Part shown: piece after piece, positions 12,011 through 26,373 of the stretch
Layout: every line of letters begins with the position of its first letter
Numbering within the stretch: the first letter of the stretch is position 1
Assembly: GCF_964355755.1 (NCBI RefSeq)
Contig: NW_027306095.1
Span: 248,001 to 312,000 of the forward strand
Length of the DNA: 64,000 nucleotides
Reading direction: 5' to 3'
Source: Antedon mediterranea
Taxonomy: Eukaryota > Animalia > Echinodermata
Made by a program: the position numbers and the translations under genes
Notes under the pieces: generated by a model
Databases searched by the model: none
What the model was told of the DNA's origin: nothing
The model's input: the letters and a program-made list of their open reading frames with translations, nothing else

Positions 12011-13729
12011 TTGATGTTTTTTTGTGAAAAGTTTCATCGAAATGCACAAAATTGTCTAAAACGTCTCTAAATGCGATTTGAAGCTATTTTGTGCACTTTG
12101 TCGTTTTTGTGTGAAAAGTTTCATCGAAATGCTCAAAATGGTCTAAAACGTCTCCAAATGCGATTTGAAGCAATTTTGTGCACTTTGATGTTTTTGTGTG
12201 AAAAGTTTCATCGAAATGCACAAAATGGTCTAAAACGTCTGCAAATGCGATTTGAAGCTATTTTGTGCACTTTGTCGTTTTTGTGTGAAAAGTTTTTTCG
12301 AAATGCACAAAATGGTCTAAAACGTCTCTAAATGCGATTTGAAGTTATTTTGTGCACTTTGATGTTTTGTGTGAAAAGTTTTATCGAAATGCTCAAAATG
12401 GTCTAAAACGGTTTCAAATGTGATTTTAAGCACTTTGATATTTTTGTGTAATCAAGTTTCATCGAAATGCACAAAATGGTCTAAAACGTCTCCAAATGCG
12501 ATTTGAAGCTATTTTGTGCACTTTAATGTTTTGTGTGAAAAGTTTTATCGAAATTCTCAAAATGGTCTAAAACGGTTTCAAATGTGATTTTAAGCACTTT
12601 GATGTTTTTGTGTAATCAAGTTTCATCGAAATGCACAAAATGGTTTAAAACGTCTGCAAATGCGATTTGAAGCTATTTTGTGCACTTTGATGTTTTTGTG
12701 TGAAAAGTTTCATCGAAATGCACAAAATTGTCTAAAACGTTTCCAAATACGATATTAAGCTATTGTATGCACTTTGATGTTTTTGAGTGAAAAGTTTTTT
12801 CGAAATGCACAAAATGGTCTAAAACGTCTCCAAATGCGATTTGGAGCTCTTTTGTGCACTTTGATGTTTTGTGTAAAAAGTTTGCTATTTTGTGCACTTT
12901 AATGTTTTGTGTGAAAAGTTTTATCGAAATGCTCAAAATTGTCTAAAACGGTTTCAAATGTGATTTTAAGCACTTTGATATTTTTGTGTAATCAAGTTTT
13001 TTCGAAATGCACAACATGGTCTAAAACGTCTCCAAATGCGATTTGAAGCTATTTTGTGCACTTTGATGTTTTTGTGTGAAAAGTTTCATCGAAATGCACA
13101 AAATGGTCTAAAACGTCTCTAAATGCGATTTAAAGCTATTTTGTGCACTTTGTCGTTTTTGTGTGAAAAGTTTCATCGAAATGCTCAAAATGGTCTAAAA
13201 CGTCTCCAAATGCGATTTGAAGCAATTTTGTGCACTTTGATGTTTTTGTGTGAAAAGTTTCATCGAAATGCACAAAATGGTCTAAAACGTCTGCAAATGC
13301 GATTTGAAGCTATTTTGTGCACTTTGATGTTTTTTTGTGAAAAGTTTCATCGAAAGGCACAAAATTGTCTAAAACGTCTCTAAATGCGATTTGAAGCTAT
13401 TTTGTGCACTTTGTCGTTTTTGTGTGAAAAGTTTCATCGAAATTCCCAAAATGGTCTAAAACATCTCCAAATGCGATTTGAAGCAATTTTGTGCACTTTG
13501 ATGTTTTTGTGTGAAAAGTTTCATCGAAATGCACAAAATGGTCTAAAACGTCTGCAAATGCGATTTGAAGCTATTTTGTGCACTTTGTCGTTTTTGTGTG
13601 AAAAGTTTTTTCGAAATGAACAAAATGGTCTAAAACGTCTCCAAATGCGATTTGAAGCAATTTTGTGCACTTTGATGTTTTGTGTAATCCAGTTTCATCG
13701 AAATGTACAAAATTGTCTAAAACGTCTCT

Positions 13730-15950
13730 AAATGCGATTTGAAGCTATTTTGTGCACTTTGTCGTTTTTGTGTGAAAAGTTTTTTCGAAATGCACAAAAT
13801 GGTCTAAAACGTCTCCAAATGCGATTTGAAGCAATTTTGTGCACTTTGATGTTTTGTGTAATCCAGTTTCATCGAAATGTACAAAATTGTCTAAAACGTC
13901 TCTAAATGCGATTTGAAGCTATTTTGTGCACTTTGTCGTTTTTGTGTGAAAAGTATTTTCGAAATGCACAAAATGGTCTAAAACGTCTCCAATTGCGATT
14001 TGAAGTTATTTTGTGCACTTTGATGTTTTGTGTGAAAAGTTTTATCGAAATGCTCAAAATGGTCTAAAACGGTTTCAAATGTGATTTTAAGCACTTTGAT
14101 ATTTTTGTGTAATCAAGTTTCATCGAAATGCACAAAATGGTCTAAAACGTCTGCAAATGCGATTTAAAGCTATTTTGTGCACTTTAATGTTTTGTGTGAA
14201 AAGTTTTATCGAAATTCTCAAAATGGTCTAAAACGGTTTCAAATGTGATTTTAAGCACTTTGATGTTTTTGTGTAATCAAGTTTCATCGAAATGCACAAA
14301 ATGGTTTAAAACGTCTGCAAATGCGATTTGAAGCTATTTTGTGCACTTTGATGTTTTTGTGTGAAAAGTTTCATCGAAATGCACAAAATTGTCTAAAACG
14401 TCTCCAAATACGATATTAAGCTATTTTGTGCACTTTGATGTTTTTGTGTGAAAAGTTTCATCGAAATGCACAAAATGGTCTCTAAAACGTCTGCAAATGC
14501 GATTTGAAGCTATTTTGTGCACTTTGTCGTTTTTGTGTGAAAAGTTTTTTCGAAATGCACAAAATGGTCTAAAACGTCTCCAAATGCGATTTGAAGCAAT
14601 TTTGTGCACTTTGATGTTTTGTGTAATCCAGTTTCATCGAAATGTACAAAATTGTCTAAAACGTCTCTAAATGCGATTTGAAGCTATTTTGTGCACTTTG
14701 TCGTTTTTGTGTGAAAAGTTTTTTCGAAATGCACAAAATGGTCTAAAACGTCTCCAATTGCGATTTGAAGTTATTTTGTGCACTTTGATGTTTTGTGTGA
14801 AAAGTTTTATCGAAATGCTCAAAATGGTCTAAAACGGTTTCAAATGTGATTTTAAGCACTTTGATATTTTTGTGTAATCAAGTTTCATCGAAATGCACAA
14901 AATGGTCTAAAACGTCTGCAAATGCGATTTAAAGCTATTTTGTGCACTTTAATGTTTTGTGTGAAAAGTTTTATCGAAATTCTCAAAATGGTCTAAAACG
15001 GTTTCAAATGTGATTTTAAGCACTTTGATGTTTTCGTGTAATCAAGTTTCATCGAAATGCACAAAATGGTTTAAAACGTCTGCAAATGCGATTTGAAGCT
15101 ATTTTGTGCACTTTGATGTTTTTGTGTGAAAAGTTTCATCGAAATGCACAAAATTGTCTAAAACGTCTCCAAATACGATATTAAGCTATTTTGTGCACTT
15201 TGATGTTTTTGTGTGAAAAGTTTCATCGAAATGCACAAAATGGTCTCTAAAACGTCTGCAAATGCGATTTGAAGCTATTTTGTGCACTTTGTCGTTTTTG
15301 TGTGAAAAGTTTTTTCGAAATGCACAAAATGGTCTAAAACGTCTCCAAATGCGATTTGAAGCAATTTTGTGCACTTTGATGTTTTGTGTAATCCAGTTTC
15401 ATCGAAATGTACAAAATTGTCTAAAACGTCTCTAAATGCGATTTGAAGCTATTTTGTGCACTTTGTCGTTTTTGTGTGAAAAGTTTTTTCGAAATGCACA
15501 AAATGGTCTAAAACGTCTCCAATTGCGATTTGAAGTTATTTTGTGCACTTTGATGTTTTGTGTGAAAAGTTTTATCGAAATGCTCAAAATGGTCTAAAAC
15601 TGTTTCAAATGTGATTTTAAGCACTTTGATATTTTTGTATAATCAAGTTAAATCGAAATGCACAAAATGGTCTAAAACGTCTGCAAATGCGATTTAAAGC
15701 TATTTTGTGCACTTTAATGTTTTGTGTGAAAAGTTTTATCGAAATTCTCAAAATGGTCTAAAACGGTTTCAAATGTGATTTTAAGCACTTTGATGTTTTT
15801 GTGTAATCAAGTTTCATCGAAATGCACTAAATGGTTTAAAACGTCTGCAAATGCGATTTGAAGCTATTTTGTGCACTTTGATGTTTTTGTGTGAAAAGTT
15901 TCATCGAAATGCACAAAATTGTCTAAAACGTCTCCAAATACGATATTAAG
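13730..15950 (-). repeat. Tandem higher-order unit 765 bp, about 3 copies
   Basis: Identical ORFs at 14421/15186. The ggtctctaaaac insertion lies at ~14477/15242. Confidence 0.8.
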
Positions 15951-17089
15951 CTATTGTATGCACTTTGATGTTTTTGAGTGAAAAGTTTTTTCGAAATGCA
16001 CAAAATGGTCTAAAACGTCTCCAAATGCGATTTGGAGCTCTTTTGTGCACTTTGATGTTTTGTGTAAAAAGTTTGCTATTTTGTGCACTTTAATGTTTTG
16101 TGTGAAAAGTTTTATCGAAATGCTCAAAATTGTCTAAAACGGTTTCAAATGTGATTTTAAGCACTTTGATATTTTTGTGTAATCAAGTTTTTTCGAAATG
16201 CACAACATGGTCTAAAACGTCTCGAAATGCGATTTGAAGCTATTTTGTGCACTTTGATGTTTTTGTGTGAAAAGTTTATTCGAAATGCACAAAATGGTCT
16301 AAAACGTCTCCAAATGCGATTTGAAGTTATTTTGTGCACTTTGATGTTTTGTGTGAAAAGTTTTATCGAAATGCTCAAAATGGTCTAAAACGGTTTCAAA
16401 TGTGATTTTAAGCACTTTGATATTTTTGTGTAATCAAGTTTCATCGAAATGCTCAAAATGGTCTAAAACGTCTCCAAATGCGATTTGAAGCTATTTTGTG
16501 CACTTTGATGTTTTTTTGTGAAAAGTTTCATCGAAATGCACAAAATGGTCTAAAACGTCTCTAAATGCGATTTGAAGCTATTTTGTGCACTTTGATGTTT
16601 TTGTGTGAAAAGTTTCATCGAAATGCACAAAATGGTCTAAAACGTCTCTAAATGCGATTTGAAGCTATTTTGTGCACTTTGATGTTTTTTTGTGAAAAGT
16701 TTCATCGAAATGCACAAAATGGTCTAAAACGTCTCTAAATGCGATTTGAAGCTATTTTGTGCACTTTGATGTTTTTTTGTGAAAAGTTTCATCGAAATGC
16801 ACAAAATTGTCTAAAACGTCTCTAAATGCGATTTGAAGCTATTTTGTGCACTTTGTCGTTTTTGTGTGAAAAGTTTCATCGAAATGCTCAAAATGGTCTA
16901 AAACGTCTCCAAATGCGATTTGAAGCAATTTTGTGCACTTTGATGTTTTTGTGTGAAAAGTTTCATCGAAATGCACAAAATGGTCTAAAACGTCTGCAAA
17001 TGCGATTTGAAGCTATTTTGTGCACTTTGTCGTTTTTGTGTGAAAAGTTTTTTCGAAATGCACAAAATGGTCTAAAACGTCTCCAATTG

Positions 17090-18790
17090 CGATTTGAAGC
17101 AATTTTGTGCAATTTGATGTTTTTGTGTGAAAAGTTTCATCGAAATGCACAAAATGGTCTAAAACGTCTGCAAATGCGATTTGAAGCTATTTTGTGCACT
17201 TTGATGTTTTTTTGTGAAAAGTTTCATCGAAATGCACAAAATTGTCTAAAACGTCTCTAAATGCGATTTGAAGCTATTTTGTGCACTTTGTCGTTTTTGT
17301 GTGAAAAGTTTCATCGAAATGCTCAAAATGGTCTAAAACGTCTCCAAATGCGATTTGAAGCAATTTTGTGCACTTTGATGTTTTTGTGTGAAAAGTTTCA
17401 TCGAAATGCACAAAATGGTCTAAAACGTCTGCAAATGCGATTTGAAGCTATTTTGTGCACTTTGTCGTTTTTGTGTGAAAAGTTTTTTCGAAATGCACAA
17501 AATGGTCTAAAACGTCTCTAAATGCGATTTGAAGTTATTTTGTGCACTTTGATGTTTTGTGTGAAAAGTTTTATCGAAATGCTCAAAATGGTCTAAAACG
17601 GTTTCAAATGTGATTTTAAGCACTTTGATATTTTTGTGTAATCAAGTTTCATCGAAATGCACAAAATGGTCTAAAACGTCTCCAAATGCGATTTGAAGCT
17701 ATTTTGTGCACTTTAATGTTTTGTGTGAAAAGTTTTATCGAAATTCTCAAAATGGTCTAAAACGGTTTCAAATGTGATTTTAAGCACTTTGATGTTTTTG
17801 TGTAATCAAGTTTCATCGAAATGCACAAAATGGTTTAAAACGTCTGCAAATGCGATTTGAAGCTATTTTGTGCACTTTGATGTTTTTGTGTGAAAAGTTT
17901 CATCGAAATGCACAAAATTGTCTAAAACGTTTCCAAATACGATATTAAGCTATTGTATGCACTTTGATGTTTTTGAGTGAAAAGTTTTTTCGAAATGCAC
18001 AAAATGGTCTAAAACGTCTCCAAATGCGATTTGGAGCTCTTTTGTGCACTTTGATGTTTTGTGTAAAAAGTTTGCTATTTTGTGCACTTTAATGTTTTGT
18101 GTGAAAAGTTTTATCGAAATGCTCAAAATTGTCTAAAACGGTTTCAAATGTGATTTTAAGCACTTTGATATTTTTGTGTAATCAAGTTTTTTCGAAATGC
18201 ACAACATGGTCTAAAACGTCTCCAAATGCGATTTGAAGCTATTTTGTGCACTTTGATGTTTTTGTGTGAAAAGTTTCATCGAAATGCACAAAATGGTCTA
18301 AAACGTCTCTAAATGCGATTTAAAGCTATTTTGTGCACTTTGTCGTTTTTGTGTGAAAAGTTTCATCGAAATGCTCAAAATGGTCTAAAACGTCTCCAAA
18401 TGCGATTTGAAGCAATTTTGTGCACTTTGATGTTTTTGTGTGAAAAGTTTCATCGAAATGCACAAAATGGTCTAAAACGTCTGCAAATGCGATTTGAAGC
18501 TATTTTGTGCACTTTGATGTTTTTTTGTGAAAAGTTTCATCGAAAGGCACAAAATTGTCTAAAACGTCTCTAAATGCGATTTGAAGCTATTTTGTGCACT
18601 TTGTCGTTTTTGTGTGAAAAGTTTCATCGAAATTCCCAAAATGGTCTAAAACATCTCCAAATGCGATTTGAAGCAATTTTGTGCACTTTGATGTTTTTGT
18701 GTGAAAAGTTTCATCGAAATGCACAAAATGGTCTAAAACGTCTGCAAATGCGATTTGAAGCTATTTTGTGCACTTTGTCGTTTTTGTGTG
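17090..18790 (-). repeat. Direct copy of ~11900-13600 at offset 5,190 bp
   Basis: ORF pairs 12071/17261, 13123/18313 and 13384/18574. aattcccaaa at 13441/18631. Confidence 0.88.
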
Positions 18791-21700
18791 AAAAGTTTCA
18801 TCGAAATGCTCAAAATGGTCTAAAACGTCTCCAAATGCGATTTGAAGCAATTTTGTGCACTTTGATGTTTTTGTGTGAAAAGTTTCATCGAAATGCACAA
18901 AATGGTCTCTAAAACGTCTGCAAATGCGATTTGAAGCTATTTTGTGCACTTTGTCGTTTTTGTGTGAAAAGTTTTTTCGAAATGCACAAAATGGTCTAAA
19001 ACGTCTCCAAATGCGATTTGAAGCAATTTTGTGCACTTTGATGTTTTGTGTAATCCAGTTTCATCGAAATGTACAAAATTGTCTAAAACGTCTCTAAATG
19101 CGATTTGAAGCTATTTTGTGCACTTTGTCGTTTTTGTGTGAAAAGTTTTTTCGAAATGCACAAAATGGTCTAAAACGTCTCCAATTGCGATTTGAAGTTA
19201 TTTTGTGCACTTTGATGTTTTGTGTGAAAAGTTTTATCGAAATGCTCAAAATGGTCTAAAACGGTTTCAAAGGTGATTTTAAGCACTTTGATATTTTTGT
19301 ATAATCAAGTTAAATCGAAATGCACAAAATGGTCTAAAACGTCTGCAAATGCGATTTAAAGCTATTTTGTGCACTTTAATGTTTTGTGTGAAAAGTTTTA
19401 TCGAAATTCTCAAAATGGTCTAAAACGGTTTCAAATGTGATTTTAAGCACTTTGATGTTTTTGTGTAATCAAGTTTCATCGAAAAGCACAAAATGGTTTA
19501 AAACATCTGCAAATGCGATTTGAAGCTATTTTGTGCACTTTGATGTTTTTGTGTGAAAAGTTTCATCGAAATGCACAAAATTGTCTAAAACGTTTCCAAA
19601 TACGATATTAAGCTATTGTATGCACTTTGATATTTTTGAGTGAAAAGTTTCATCGAAATGCACAAAATGGTCTAAAACGTCTCTAAATGCGATTTGAAGC
19701 TATTTTGTGCACTTTGATGTTTTTGTGTGAAAAGTTTCATCGAAATGCACAAAATGGTCTAAAACGTCTCTAAATGCGATTTGAAGCTATTTTGTGCACT
19801 TTGATGTTTTTTTGTGAAAAGTTTCATCGAAATGCACAAAATGGTCTAAAACGTCTCTAAATGCGATTTGAAGCTATTTTGTGCACTTTGTCGTTTTTGT
19901 GTGAAAAGTTTCATCGAAATGCTCAAAATGGTCTAAAACGTCTCCAAATGCGATTTGAAGCAATTTTGTGCACTTTGATGTTTTTGTGTGAAAAGTTTCA
20001 TCGAAATGCACAAAATGGTCTAAAACGTCTGCAAATGCGATTTGAAGCTATTTTGTGAACTTTGATGTTTTTTTGTGAAAAGTTTCATCGAAATGCACAA
20101 AATTGTCTAAAACGTCTCTAAATGCGATTTGAAGCTATTTTGTGCACTTTGATGTTTTTTTGTGAAAAGTTTCATCGAAATGTACAAAATTGTCTAAAAC
20201 GTCTCTAAATGCGATTTGAAGCTATTTTGTGCACTTTGTCGTTTTTGTGTGAAAAGTTTCATCGAAATGCTCAAAATGGTCTAAAACGTTTCCAAATGCG
20301 ATTTGAAGCAATTTTGTGCACTTTGATGTTTTTGTGTGAAAAGTTTCATCGAAATGCACATAATGGTCTAAAACGTCTGCAAATGCGATTTGAAGCTATT
20401 TTGTGCACTTTGTCGTTTTTGTGTGAAAAGTTTTTTCGAAATGCACAAAATGGTCTAAAACGTCTCCAAATGCGATTTGAAGCAATTTTGTGCACTTTGA
20501 TTTTTTGTGTAATCCAGTTTCATCGAAATGTACAAAATTGTCAAAAACGTCTCTAAATGCGATTTGAAGCTATTTTGTGCACTTTGTCGTTTTTGTGTGA
20601 AAAGTTTTTTCGAATTGCACAAAATGGTCTAAAACGTCTCCAATTGCGATTTGAAGTTATTTTGTGCACTTTGATGTTTTGTGTGAAAAGTTTTATCGAA
20701 ATGCTCAAAATGGTCTAAAACGGTTTCAAATGTGATTTTAAGCACTTTGATATTTTTGTATAATCAAGTTAAATCGAAATAGACAATATGGTCTAAAACG
20801 TCTGCAAATGCGATTTAAAGCTATTTTGTGCACTTTAATGTTTTGTGTGAAAAGTTTTATCGAAATTCTCAAAATGGTCTAAAACGGTTTCAAATGTGAT
20901 TTTAAGCACTTTGATGTTTTTGTGTAATCAAGTTTCATCGAAAAGCACAAAATGGTTTAAAACGTCTGCAAACGCGATTTGAAGCTATTTTGTGCACTTT
21001 GATGTTTTTGTGTGAAAAGTTTCATCGAAATGCACAAAATTGTCTAAAACGTTTCCAAATACGATATATTGTATGCACTTTGATGTTTTTGAGTGAAAAG
21101 TTTTTTCGAAATGCACAAAATGGTCTAAAACGTCTCCAAATGCGATTTGAAGCTATTTTGTGCACTTTGATGTTTTTTTCTGAAAAGTTTCATCGAAATG
21201 CACAAAATGGTCTAAAACGTCTCTAAATGCGATTTGAAGCTATTTTGTGCACTTTGATGTTTTTGTGTGAAAAGTTTCATCGAAATGCACAAAATGGTCT
21301 AAAACGTCTCTAAATGCGATTTGAAGTTATTTTGTGCACTTTGATGATTTGTGTGAAAAGTTTTATCGAAATGCTCAAAATGGTCTAAAACGGTTTCAAA
21401 TGTGATTTTAAGCACTTTGATATTTTTGTGTAATCAAGTTTCATCGAAATGCACAAAATGGTCTAAAACGTCTCCAAATGCGATTTGAAGCTATTTTGTG
21501 CACTTTAATGTTTTGTGTGAAAAGTTTTATCGAAATTCTCAAAATGGTCTAAAACGGTTTCAAATGTGATTTTAAGCACTTTGATGTTTTTGTGTAATCA
21601 AGTTTCATCGAAATGCACAAAATGGTTTAAAACGTCTGCAAATGCGATTTGAAGCTATTTTGTGCACTTTGATGTTTTTGTGTGAAAAGTTTCATCGAAA

Positions 21701-23049
21701 TGCACAAAATTGTCTAAAACGTTTCAAAATACGATATTAAGCTATTGTATGCACTTTGATGTTTTTGAGTGAAAAGTTTTTTCTAAATGCACAAAATGGT
21801 CTAAAACGTCTCCAAATGCGATTTGGAGCTCTTTTGTGCACTTTGATGTTTTGTGTAAAAAGTTTGCTATTTTGTGCACTTTAATGTTTTGTGTGAAAAG
21901 TTTTATCGAAATGCTCAAAATTGTCTAAAACGGTTTCAAATGTGATTTTAAGCACTTTGATATTTTTGTGTAATCAAGTTTTTTCGAAATGCACAACATG
22001 GTCTAAAACGTCTCCAAATGCGATTTGAAGCTATTTTGTGCACTTTGATGTTTTTGTGTGAAAAGTTTCATCGAAATGCACAAAATGGTCTAAAACGTCT
22101 CTAAATGCGATTTAAAGCTATTTTGTGCACTTTGTCGTTTTTGTGTGAAAAGTTTCATCGAAATGCTCAAAATGGTCTAAAACGTCTCCAAATGCGATTT
22201 GAAGCTATTTTGTGCACTTTGTCGTTTTTGTGTGAAAAGTTTCATCGAAATGCTCAAAATGGTCTAAAACGTCTCTAAATGCGATTTGAAGCTATTTTGT
22301 GCACTTTGATGTTTTTTTGTGAAAAGTTTCATCGAAATGCACAAAATGGTCTAAAACGTCTCTAAATGCGATTTGAAGCTATTTTGTGCACTTTGATGTT
22401 TTTGTGTGAAAAGTTTCATCGAAATGCACAAAATGGTCTAAAACGTCTCTAAATGCGATTTGAAGCTATTTTGTGCACTTTGATGTTTTTTTGTGAAAAG
22501 TTTCTTCGAAATGCACAAAATGGTCTAAAACGTCTCTAAATGCGATTTGAAGCTATTTTGTGCACTTTGTCGTTTTTGTGTGAAAAGTTTCATCGAAATG
22601 CTCAAAATGGTCTAAAACGTCTCCAAATGCGATTTGAAGCAATTTTGTGCACTTTGATGTTTTTGTGTGAAAAGTTTCATCGAAATGCACAAAATGGTCT
22701 AAAACGTCTGCAAATGCGATTTGAAGCTATTTTGTGCACTTTGATGTTTTGTGTAATCCAGTTTCATCGAAATGTACAAAATTGTCTAAAACGTCTCTAA
22801 ATGCGATTTGAAGCTATTTTGTGCACTTTGTCGTTTTTGTGTGAAAAGTTTTTTCGAAATGCACAAAATGGTCTAAAACGTCTCTAAATGCGATTTGAAG
22901 CTATTTTGTGCACTTTGTCGTTTTTGTGTGAAAAGTTTCATCGAAATGCTCAAAATGGTCTAAAACGTCTCCAAATGCGATTTGAAGCTATTTTGTGCAC
23001 TTTGATGTTTTTGTGTGAAAAGTTTCATCGAAATGCACAAAATGGTCTA

Positions 23050-23930
23050 AAACGTCTCCAAATATGATATTAAGCTATTGTATGCACTTTGTTGTTTTTA
23101 TCTGAAAAGTTTTCACGAAATGCACAAAATGATCTAAAACGTCTCTAAATGCGATTTGAAGTTATTTTGTGCACTTTAATGTTTTGTGTGAAAAGTTTTA
23201 TTGAAAAGCACAAAATGGTCTAAAACGTCTCCAAATGCGATTTGAAGCTATTTTGTGCACTTTGATGTTTTGTGTGAAAAGTTTCACCAAAATGCAAAAA
23301 ATGGTCTAAAACGTCTCCAAATCCGTTTTGAAGCTAATCTAAGCACTTTGATGTTTTTATGTTAAACAGGTTTTTTCGAAATGCACAAAATGGTCTAAAA
23401 CGTCTCCAAATACGATTTGAAGCTCTTTTGTGCACTTTGATGTTTTGTGTAATAAGTTTTATAGAAACGCACAAAATGGTCTAAAACGGTTTCAAATGTG
23501 ATTTTAAGCACTTTGATATTTTTGTTTAACCAAGTTTCATCGAAATGCACAAAATGGTCTAAAACGTCTCCAAATGCGATTTGAAGCTGTTTTTGTGTGA
23601 AAAGTTTTTTCGAAATACACAAAATGGTCTAAAACGTCTCCAAATGAGATTTGGAGCTCTTTTGTGCACTTTGATGTTTTGTGTCAAAAGTTTTATAGAA
23701 ATGCTCGAAATGGTCTAAAACGGTATCAAATGTGATTTTAAGCACTTTCATGTTTTTGTGTAGCCAAGTTTCATCGAAATGCACAAAAAAATCTAAAACG
23801 TCTCCAAATGCGATTTAAAGCTATTTTGTGCACTTTAATATTTTGTGTGAAAAGTTTTATCGAAATTCTCAAAATGGTCTAAAACGGTTTCAAATGTGAT
23901 TTTAAGCACTTTGATGTTTTTGTGTTATCA
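23050..23930 (-). repeat. Diverged monomer patch (copy A)
   Basis: About 10 monomers with many substitutions and indels, e.g. atccgttttgaagctaatctaagc, gttaaacagg, gtagccaag and a 17-bp deletion at ~23588. Confidence 0.92.
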
Positions 23931-26353
23931 AGTTTCATCGAAATGCACAAAATGGTTTAAAACGTCTGCAAATGCGATTTGAAGCTATTTTGTGCACTTT
24001 GATGTTTTGTGTAATCCAGTTTCATCGAAATGTACAAAATTGTCTAAAACGTCTCTAAATGCGATTTGAAGCTATTTTGTGCACTTTGTCGTTTTTATGT
24101 GAAAAGTTTCATCGAAATGCTCAAAATGGTCTAAAACGTCTACAAATGCGATTTGAAGCTATTTTGTGCACTTTGATGTTTTTGTGTGAAAAGTTTCATC
24201 GAAATGCACAAAATGGTCTAAAACGGTTTCAAATGTGATTTTAAGCACTTTGATATTTTTGTGTAATCAAGTTTTTTCGAAATGCACAAAATGGTCTAAA
24301 ACGTCTCCAATTGCGATTTGAAGTTATTTTGTGCACTTTGATGTTTTGTGTGAAAAGTTTTATCGAAATGCTCAAAATGGTCTAAAACGGTTTCAAATGT
24401 GATTTTAAGCACTTTGATATTTTTGTGTAATCAAGTTTCATCGAAATGCACAAAATGGTCTAAAACGTCTGCAAATGCGATTTAAAGCTATTTTGTGCAC
24501 TTTAATGTTTTGTGTGAAAAGTTTTATCGAAATTCTCAAAATGGTCTAAAACGGTTTCAAATGTGATTTTAAGCACTTTGATGTTTTTGTGTAATCAAGT
24601 TTCATCGAAATGCACAAAATGGTTTAAAACGTCTGCAAATGGGATTTGAAGCTATTTTGTGCACTTTGATGTTTTGTGTAATCCAGTTTCATCGAAATGT
24701 ACAAAATTGTCTAAAACCTCTCAAAATGCGATTTGAAGCTATTTTGTGCACTTTGATGTTTTTGTGTGAAAAGTTTCATCGAAATGCACAAAATTGTCTA
24801 AAACGTCTCTAAATGCGATTTGAAGCTATTTTGTGCACTTGGTCGTTTTGGTGTGAAAAGTTTTTTCGAAATGCACAAAATGGTCTAAAACGTCTCCAAA
24901 TGTGATTTGAAGCAATTTTGTGCACTTTGATGTTTTGTGTAATCCAGTTTCATCGAAATGTACAAAATTGTCTAAAACGTCTCTAAATGCGATTTGAAGC
25001 TATTTTGTGCACTTTGTCGTTTTTGTGTGAAAAGTTTTTTCGAAATGCACAAAATGGTCTAAAACGTCTCCAATTGCGATTTGAAGTTATTTTGTGCACT
25101 TTGATGTTTTGTGTGAAAAGTTTTATCGAAATGCTCAAAATGGTCTAAAACGGTTTCAAATGTGATTTTAAGCACTTTGATATTTTTGTGTAATCAAGTT
25201 TCATCGAAATGCACAAAATGGTCTAAAACGTCTGCAAATGCGATTTAAAGCTATTTTGTGCACTTTAATGTTTTGTGTGAAAAGTTTTATCGAAATTCTC
25301 AAAATGGTCTAAAACGGTTTCAAATGTGATTTTAAGCACTTTGATGTTTTTGTGTAATCAAGTTTCATCGAAATGCACAAAATGGTTTAAAACGTCTGCA
25401 AATGCGATTTGAAGCTATTTTGTGCACTTTGATGTTTTTTTGTGAAAAGTTTCATCGAAATGCACAAAATTGTCTAAAACGTCTCCAAATACGATATTAA
25501 GCTATTGTATGCACTTTGATGTTTTTGAGTGAAAAGTTTTTTCGAAATGCACAAAATGTTCTAAAACGTCTCCAAATGCGATTTGGAGCTCTTTTGTGCA
25601 CTTTAATTTTTTTTGTGTAAAAAGTTTGCTATTTTGTGCACTTTTAATGTTTTGTGTGAAAAGTTTTATCGAAATGCTCAAAATTGTCTAAAACGGTTTC
25701 AAATGTGATTTTAAGCACTTTGATATTTTTGTGTAATCAAGTTTTTTCGAAATGCACAACATGGTCTAAAACGTCTCCAAATGCGATTTGAAGCTATTTT
25801 GTGCACTTTGATGTTTTTGTGTGAAAAGTTTCATCGAAATGCACAAAATGGTCTAAAACGTCTCTAAATGCGATTTGAAGCTATTTTGTGCACTTTGATG
25901 TTTTTGTGTGAAAAGTTTCATTGAAATGCACAAAATGGTCTAAAACGTCTCTAAATGCGATTTGAAGATATTTTGTGCACTTTGTCGTTTTTGTGTGAAA
26001 AGTTTCATCGAAATGCTCAAAATTGTCTAAAACGTCTCCAAATGCGATTTGAAGCTATTTTGTGCACTTTGATGTTTTTTTCTGAAAAGTTTCATCGAAA
26101 TGCACAAAATGGTCTAAAACGTCTCTAAATGCGATTTGAAGCTTTTTTGTGCACTTTGATGTTTTTGTGTGAAAAGTTTCATCGAAATGCACAAAATGGT
26201 CTAAAACGTCTCTAAATGCGATTTGAAGCTATTTTGTGCACTTTGATGTTTTTTTGTGAAAAGTTTCATCGAAATGCACAAAATGGTCTAAAACGTCTCT
26301 AAATGCGATTTGAAGCTATTTTGTGCACTTTGTCGTTTTTGTGTGAAAAGTTT

Positions 26354-26373
26354 CATCGAAATGCATTTCGATG
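26354..26373. other. Strand-switch junction J2, perfect 20-bp palindrome
   Basis: CATCGAAATG|CATTTCGATG. The central TGCA is shared by both orientations. Confidence 0.96.

Larger units (their letters stand above)
6500..26363 (-). repeat. Satellite block 2, T-rich (reverse-complement) orientation
   Basis: Monomers read gcgatttgaagctattttgtgcactttgatg... from 6500 to ...catcgaaatg at 26363. The MRFEAIL ORFs switch to the + strand here. Confidence 0.97.
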
